A stretch of 40,000 nucleotides of DNA from Microcystis panniformis FACHB-1757 (GTDB lineage: Bacteria; Cyanobacteriota; Cyanobacteriia; Cyanobacteriales; Microcystaceae): NCBI RefSeq assembly GCF_001264245.1, contig NZ_CP011339.1, positions 4,856,415 through 4,896,414 on the forward strand, in the 5' to 3' direction. Each line of letters starts with the position of its first letter. Position 1 is the first letter of the stretch. The translations under genes were made by a program, and so were the position numbers. Of the stretch, positions 1 through 9,000 are shown piece by piece. The notes under the pieces are model-generated. The model was not told the origin of the DNA and searched no databases. It was given only the letters and a program-made list of their open reading frames with translations.

Positions 1-3000
1 ATGGACTTTCAAGATAAAAAGAACTTATCCGAAAACGACCAGTCAATTCAAACTAGAGTTTTTAAAGCTCTTAGTGAAGCTAAAGAAAAATTAAAAGCTT
101 TCGAGTCTCAACAAAGGGAACCCTTAGCTATCGTGGGTTTAGGTTGTCGTTTCGGTCATAATATTGCGACACCTGAATCCTTCTGGTCTTTCCTGAAAGC
201 GGGTAAAAATCACCTCAGAGAAATACCTAAGGAGCGCTGGAACCAGCAGGATTTTTATGATTCAGATCGGAATAAAGTGGGTAAAATCTATGTTTCTCAG
301 GGGGGGTTTCTCGATGATGTCTCCCAGTTTGATGCCCATTTTTTCGGAATTGCTCCCAAGGAAGCCGTCGCTATGGATCCTCAGCAAAGATTGCTTTTAG
401 AGGTAGCCTATGAAGCTTTGGAAAATGCAGGAATGGCAACAACGACGGCTAGAAGGGGAAAAACAGGGGTTTTTATCGGGATTACTAACAATGACTATGC
501 CCGTATTGTTACCTCAAATGAGGACTATAATGCCATCGGAGCCTATCATATTTCGGGCAATCATACTAACGCGGCAGCTGGGCGTATTTCTTACCTTTTA
601 AATCTTAATGGTCCGAGTTTGGCAGTAGATACCGCTTGCTCTTCCTCCTTAGTCGCTGTTCATCTCGCTTGCCGTTCCTTACGTTCCCAAGAATGCAGAC
701 AAGCTTTAGTCGGAGGAGTGAACTTAGTTTTAACTCCAGAAGTCGTCATCGCCTTGTGCCGCAATCAGATGTTGGCCCCAGATGGCCAATGCAAAACCTT
801 TGACGAAAGTGCCGATGGGTTTGGAATCGGCGAAGGTTGCGGAGTCATCGTCTTAAAAAGACTCAGTGACGCTCTTGAAGATGGTGATCACATTTGGGCC
901 GTGATTCGAGGGACCGCAGTCAACAACGATGGAGCCAGTGGCGGCTTTACCGTTCCTAATGGGCCCGTACAGAGCGAATTAATCAGAGAAGCTCTAGCTG
1001 ACGCTCGTTTAGATGCCGAGGCTATCGATTATGTTGAAGCTCACGGTACAGGAACATCTTTGGGAGATCCCATCGAAATTAAAGCCATAGCCGAGGCATT
1101 ATGCGTCAATCGTCGCAAATCTAACCCTTTATTAGTCGGTTCTCTCAAAACTAATTTAGGTCATCTGGCGGCGGCGGCGGGAATTTCAGGATTAATTAAA
1201 ACCGCATTATCGCTACACTACCGTGAAATTCCGGCTCATCTAAACCTTAAAAAACCCAATCCTCATATTAATTGGGATGCCTTGCCGATTAGTATCGTTA
1301 CGCAAAATTGTCCTTGGAATGTTAATAATGGCAAGCTCAAAGCGGCTGGAGTCAGTTCTTTTGGAGCATCGGGAACCAACGCTCATGTTATTTTAAGTGA
1401 ACCGCCTCAACCGCAACCCCAAACCCCAAAAATATCCCCCATTCTCGTTACTTTCTCGGCTAAAGAACCCGAACGTTTACGTCTTTTTACGACTCAATTT
1501 GTCGATGAGCTTGAGCAGAAAACAGATCTCAGCGTCAAGGACATTGCTCTATCTTTAAATACTGGTCGTTTTCCCCATAAACATCGTCTCGCTCTTTTAG
1601 TTTCTAATCAAGAGAATCTGCATCAAGGAATTCAGGCTTTTCTCAATAGCAATGGGGATGAAAAGCAATTTCAAAATATTCAAAATAATAGCTTCGACAT
1701 CATTTATGGAGAAGCGCAAAGCCATCCTAAAGTTGCTTTTCTCTGCAATTACGAGGAAGAAATTAGTCCAGAAATCATTGAAACCCTGCTCAATAATGAG
1801 CCAATATTTTATGATGCTTTTAGGCACTGTGATCATCTGTTTAAAAAATATTTAGAATTTTCTCTTCAGGAATTATTGTCATCTAAAAAAGCCTTAGAGC
1901 CTCAGATTCCTTTGTCTGTACAACCGGTATTATTTGCCTATCAATATGCTCTTTGTGAACTCTGGAAATCGTGGGGAATTTCTCCTTCTGCGATTTTAGG
2001 TTCTGGATTAGGGGAATATCTCGCCGCTCAACAAGCGGGCGTTTTTTCCCTTGAAGATACCGTCAAGCTGGTGGCGAAACGCGCTAAAATTAGCCCACAA
2101 AACCCCAACTCAGAAGACCTTTTATCCTTGCTCAAAAGCACCCCAGAAGTCGATTCTAACTCTCCCGATATTACCCTAATTTATCAGGGTGAAGTTGTGA
2201 AAAAATCTCTCACAAATTTGGTGAATAGAGGGGAAAAGATTAGGCAGAAATCCGACGAAATCGCCCAGGGAATTTCTACTCTGCATCAAATGGGCTATCA
2301 AATCTTCCTAGAAATGGGAATCGGTGCCAATCTCATTAATATAGGTCGTCAAAAGTTAGGGGTAAATTCAATTCTATGGTTATCTAGTTTAGGGGAAGAT
2401 TGTCACAGTGACCACCATGAGCAAAGGGTACTAGGTCAACTCTATGTGAGAGGATTTAATATTAACTGGGAAGCCTTTCATCGCTCACATCCAGGGCAAA
2501 AAATTAGTTTACCTAATTCGCCTTTTATCCGCAAACGCTACTGGATAAATTCTGGCAATAAATCAGAGTCTTCTAGCTATAAAAACCCTAATTATTACTC
2601 TGGACATCCCTTACTAGGCGAGCATTTTTCTTCTCCCTTAGCTCTGCTTCAATATCGAGGGAGCATTAGTCAACATAAACCTGCATTTTTAGGAGAACAT
2701 CAGGTTTTTGAGCAGGCCATATTGCCAGCATCTGCCTTAATAGAAATGGCTTTAGCTGCCGGGGAGAATCAAAAAGTTATTTTAGAAAATGTTGAATTTA
2801 AGAAGGCATTAATTTTAAAAGATACGGAAGACACATTACAGTTAATCATTGAGCAAAAAAGCTTTAAAATTTACCATGCACTTGAGCCAAATTGGGAAGT
2901 ATTAGTTACTGGAACAATTGAGGAATTGAAATCAACTAATTTAACCCATTGTGATTTAGAAGAAATCGCCAAAAATTGTCCTGAAGAAGTCGATATCAAC

Positions 3001-6000
3001 TCCTTTTATGAAACTTATCAAAAATCAGGGATAAATTACGGGAGTAACTTTCGGCTCATTCATCAACTGAAGCGGGGGGAAAATACAGCTTTTGCTCAAA
3101 TCAAATTAACCGATAGGTTAGAGCGGGAAAAATATCATTTTCATCCTGCTATGTTAGATGCTTGTTTTCAAGGTATTGCTGCCATTTTATTTAAAGAAGA
3201 ATCCTCAGTAACTTATGTTCCTGTTCGTCTTGGGCAATTGGCATTTTTCCACCCTCCTGATGAGCAGGTAATCAGCGCGGTTCGACTGAAAAACTCCTCC
3301 CCTAACCCTAACATTATCATCGCTGATATTGATATCTATTCCCTCCAGGGTCAACCCTTAGCATCCCTCACCAACTTAGAACTAAAAGCCGTTCAATCCC
3401 AAGAGATTATCCCCCAAGAAATCCCCCCTCAAATCTATCTAGAAGAATGGATACCTTGCGAGGAATTATTAGGGAATGGCAGAGACACTTTAGTAGCTCC
3501 CCAGGTGATTAAAAATCAAATTCACCCCGCACAGTTAGAACAACAACTAGGGGAAAAATTGGCGCAATATGAGCGCTTAATGGCAGCTTTGGAAAAGTTA
3601 AGCGTTGTCTATATCTGGGAAGCCTTAACAAAACTTAATGGACAGCCAAAATTAGGTCAAACTTATTCCGAAGCACAGATAGCAAATCAAGGTCAAATTG
3701 TCGATTTTTACCGACCTTTATTATCTCGATGTTTAAGCATTTTAGCTGAAGAAAAAATCGTTAATCAGACAAAAGATGGCTGGTTATTCGTCAAAGAATT
3801 AGAAGCACCTTCATCGCCATCGCAAATTAAAATTCTCCGCCAAGAATTTGCCGATTATCCAGCAGAAATTAGTCTAATGGAGCGTTGTGGCTCTGCTTTA
3901 GCCGAAGTCATGAGTCGTCAAGTTGATCCCTTAGAATTACTCTTTCCTCAAGGGGATTTAGAAGCGATCGCATCAATTTATTCGGAAGCCGCCGGAGCTA
4001 AATTGATGAATCAGTTAGTCGCCACCACAATCAGCCGTGCTATTGCAAATTTCCCCCCCTATTATCCCCTAAGAATTCTCGAAATTGGAGGAGGCACAGG
4101 AGCCGCTACTGCTGGCCTTTTACCTCACTTACCCAAAGAACATATCGAATATGTATTCACCGATATTTCCTCTAGTTTCTTAACAAGAGCCAAGGAAAAT
4201 TTTAGAAACTATCCCTTTATTAAATATCAAACTTTAGACATTGAAAAAAATCCCTTTACTCAGGATTTTCTCCCTGGCAGTTTTGACATAATCATTGCCG
4301 CTAATGTTCTTCATGCCACAGCCAACCTTCAAAAAACCCTTGAAAATGTGCGCTCTCTCATCGCTCCCAAGGGACTACTAATCCTCTTAGAAAGTACAGG
4401 GGCAAGACGTTGGGTAGATTTAACCTTTGGCTTGACAGAAGGATGGTGGTTATGTAGTCAAGATCTGCGGCGGAATGGTTATCCGTTAATCAGCACAAAA
4501 GATTGGCAAAATTTACTGATTGAGAATCAATTTGAAGACATTAATATTATCGAACCAAGCCAAGCAAAAACCCGAAATTTATTAAAACAAAGTGTCATTA
4601 TTGGTAGAAGCAGTGAGCAATTACCTTCTCTGCCAGCAAAATCTTACTCTCATCAAATAATCTGGGCAGATAGTCAAGGAATTGCTAACGGTTTAATCCC
4701 TCTATTCCAACAGAGAGGAATAAGTTGTTCTTGCGTCTTTACCCAAGATATTAACCTGGAGATTGCTGAAGATTACCTATCAATATTGAGAAACTCGATA
4801 ACTTCAGAAACTCGTCAAATACTGTACTTCTGGGGCTTAGAAAACATCCCCGAAGAAATTGATCAACAAGTCGAGATTCATTGTCAACGATTTCTCTTTT
4901 TCTTACAAGCATTATTGCAGCAAGAAAACCCACCAGCTCTGGTTTTAGTGACTCAAGGAGCAGTACCAGCAAAAGCCTTTAAACCCCTAACCTCTCCCTC
5001 TCAAGCCTCCTTATTAGGAATAGCCTTCAGCCTAGTCTTAGAACATCCTGAACTTAATTTTAAGGCGATTGACCTAGATCCAGATGAAGTAAACGCAGCC
5101 GACAAACTGCTGCAAGAAATCTACAGTAATCCCCAAGAAAACCGGGTTGCTTTGCGGGGGGAACAGCGTTTTTATCCTCGTTTGGTGCAGAGAAAACTTG
5201 AAGATGGAAAGATCAATTTTAGTCCTGATGCCTATTATTTAATCACAGGAGGCACAGGGGGGTTAGGATTAGCAACAACCCGATGGATGATTGAAAAAGG
5301 GGCGCGGAATCTAGTTTTGTGTAGTCGTCGAGGGGCAGAAGGAATTAGCCCTGAAATATTAGCAAATTTCTCCTCTAGTGGGGCAGAAGTTACCCTTAAA
5401 AAACTTGATATTACCGATGCTGAAAAACTGCACGCCGTCCTAGAAGAATGCCGTTCTAAATATCCTATACGGGGCATTTTTCACATTGCTGGAACCTTAG
5501 ACGATACAACCTTATTAAGACTAACACCAGAGAGCTTTAATTATGTTTTAGCTCCCAAAGTTAAAGGAACTTGGTTGCTTCATCAACTCACCCTAAATGA
5601 CCCATTGGAATTCTTTGTCTGTTATACTTCTGCTGTATCTTTAATTGGCTCGGCAGGACAAGCTAATGCTGCGGCAGCTAATGCCTTTGAAGACGCTTTT
5701 ATCTATTATCGTCAGGCGCATCATTTACCCGGAACGGTCATAAATTGGGGTCCTTGGAGCGAAATAGGTGCAGCAGTAGATCGCAATGTTTTGGAGAGAT
5801 TAGCCGCTAAAGGATATGGGGCTATGAAACCCGATTTAGCCCTTAATGCTCTCGAAAAAATTCTCCTAAATCAGATTATTCGCGCTGGTGTAATTAATAT
5901 TGACTGGCAACAATTTCCTTATATTCATCAAAGCTTTTATAAAAACTTTCTGCCTCAAGGAAAACCCCAAGCTGCCCCCTCATCTGAGTTTTTAAAACAA

Positions 6001-9000
6001 TGGCAAAATTTAACCTTAAAAGAGCGTACTAATTGGCTAACTAATCATATCATTATGCGTGTTTCTACTGTCTTAGGACGCTCAAATGATGAAACTTTTT
6101 CCCCTCAACAAGGCTTTTTTGATTTGGGGATGGACTCTCTCACTTCTACAGAGTTACGAAATCTGTTACAAACTGACTTTAATTGTTCTCTCCCTTCGAC
6201 AATTACTTTTCGTTTTCCGAATGTTGAAGTCTTAGCTAATTATTTACAGCGAGAAGTTCTAGATAATTGTCAACCGGTATTTACCCCTCAAATAAAAGCA
6301 GAAATTTCTCAAAAACCGCCAGAAAAATCACAACTCGATGATGATCCTATTGTTATTGTCGGCATGGCTTGTCGATTCCCCGGCGGTGCTAAGAATTTAC
6401 AATCTTTCTGGGAACTTTTAGAACAGGGAAAAGATGCTATAACAGAAATCCCTCAAGATCGCTGGGATCAGGAAACATGGTATGATCCTAATCCCGATGT
6501 CCCAGGCAAAATATACGCTCCTTACGGTGCATTTCTAGAACAAATTGAGGAATTTGATGGAGAATTTTTTGGCATTATTCCTAGAGAATCTGTCGCCATG
6601 GATCCTCAGCAGCGTTTACTCTTGGAAACTACTTGGCAAGCTTTAGAATCTGCTGGACAAAATCCCCAAAAATTACGCAACAGTCAGACGGGAGTTTTTA
6701 TCGGTTGCATGACTCAAGATTATGCCCAATTAAGTTATTCTCCTCAAGCCATTAATGCTTATACTGGTTCAGGAACTTCTGTTAGTATGGCGGCGGGTCG
6801 TCTTTCTTATGTTCTTGGTTTACAGGGTCCATCAATGACTATTGACACCGCTTGTTCCTCCTCATTAGTAGCGATTCATTTAGCTTATAATGCCTTACTT
6901 AATGGTGAGTGCGATCTGGCTTTAGCTGGAGGGGTTAATATTATTTTAACTCCCATTATTTCTTTAATCGAAAGTCGCGCCCATATGCTTGCCCCTGATG
7001 GACATTGCAAAACCTTTGATGAGAGCGCAAATGGCATGGTGCGAGGAGAAGGCTGTGGAATAGTTGTTCTGAAAAGATTGAGCCAAGCAGTTAAGAATGG
7101 AGACCAAATTTTAGCGAAAATTTATGGCACAGCCGTCAATCATGATGGTCCAAGTAGTGGGCTAACTGTTCCTAATGGTCAAGCTCAAGAAAAATTATTA
7201 CATCAAGCCCTTAAAAGTGCTAATCTCAAGCCTGAACAAATCGATTATATTGAAGCTCACGGCACTGGAACAGCCCTTGGTGATCCCATTGAATTAGAAA
7301 GTATGTCCGCCGTTTTTGGTCAACGCTCCCCTAATCGGCCTTTAATTATTGGTTCAGTAAAAACGAATTTAGGCCATTTAGAAGGTGCTGCCGGAATTGC
7401 TGGATTAATTAAAACAGTTCTAGCTTTACAACACCATAAAATACCTCCTCATCTTCACTTTAAAAATCCTAATCCCCGCTTTGATTGGAGTTCTCATATT
7501 TTTGAAGTTCCTGTACAAGGAAAACCTTGGCATATCAGCGAACGTTCAAGGATTGCTGGAGTAAGTTCCTTTGGATTTAGTGGAACGAATGCTCATATCA
7601 TTGTTGGGGAAATTGACGCTGATTTACCTCAACCTTCGGAGAATAATTTTTATCTATTACCCCTTTCGGCTCGTTCTGAAAAATCGCTGCAAGAGTTAGC
7701 GAGAAATTATCAAGATATTTTGACTGAGTCTATCAATTTAGCTGATGTTTGTTTTACCGCCAGTACAGGGCGGGGGATTTTTCCGCAACGAATCTGTATT
7801 TTAGCAGACTCAATAACGACGGCACAACGAGCATTAATTGATTACCAAGATGGTGAAGATTCTGACTCATTAATCCGACCGATTTTATCAGAGACTCCGC
7901 CAAAGATAGCTTTCCTCTTTTCTGGACAAGGCTCTCAATATTCTGGCATGGGAGAAACTCTTTATAACCGAGAAGTTGTTTTTAAGGAAACATTAGATCT
8001 TTGTGATCAAATTTTAGAACCCCTTTTAGAAAAATCTCTCCTAGATTTAATCTTTCAAGAGCAAAATAGCCAGTTATTAGAGGAAACCCAAATCACTCAG
8101 CCGGTGATTTTTTCCCTTGAATATGCACTCGCCAAATTATGGCAATCTTGGGGAATACAACCTTCAGCCCTTTTAGGACATAGTATCGGGGAATATGTGG
8201 CGGCTTGTTGGGCAGGAGTCTTTTCTTTAGAAGATGCCTTAAAATTAGTGACTCAACGGGGTAAATTAATGGGAAAATTGCCCCAGAATGGCAGTATGTC
8301 CGCTATTTATGCTGATTATGAGACGGTAGCAAACGCTCTAACTTCTTATGAAAATCAAGTTAATATTGCTTCAGCCAATGGCTCAATTACTGTCATTTCT
8401 GGATTTAAAGAGATTGTTGAGCAACTCGAAAAAGAATTTATTGATCAAGGGCATAAAACTAAACGTTTAGCGGTATCTCATGCTTTTCATTCGCCTTTAA
8501 TGCAGCCCATTCTTGATGATTTTTCCCAGGTCTTAAAAACAATTTCTTTTCATGAACCTAGCTTAACGATTATTAGTAATCTGACAGGGAAAGCTGTAGG
8601 TTCAGAAATTACAACTCCTGATTATTGGGTAGATCATCTGCGTAATACTGTACAGTTTAGTCAAGGATTTCAGTCTTTAATTGATCAGGGTTATCGTTGT
8701 TTTCTAGAAGTCGGTTCTAAGCCTGTATTACTGAGTATGGCTCGCCTTATTGCTGCCAACCAGTATCTATTATGGTTGCCTAGTATTGTACCCGGGCAGG
8801 ATGAACAGGCACAAATGTATAGAAGTTTAGCGACACTTTTTGTTAATGGTTATTCTGTAGACTGGACTAAAGTATTTAAACAAGGTAAGCGAATTAGTTT
8901 ACCGACTTATCCCTTTCAAAGAGAACGGTATTGGCTATCTAATTCGGAATTTTCTCTAGGGCAAATCAAGACTCAGTTACATCCTTTCATTAGAGATTTT

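Noticed and set aside
1-3. Whether mcyD is truncated at the left edge (3901 aa here, against about 3906 aa recalled for PCC 7806).
   Set aside because: It cannot be resolved. The window begins exactly at an ATG, and the N-terminal helix looks complete as a docking region. I kept the call as full or near-full length rather than reporting a truncation.
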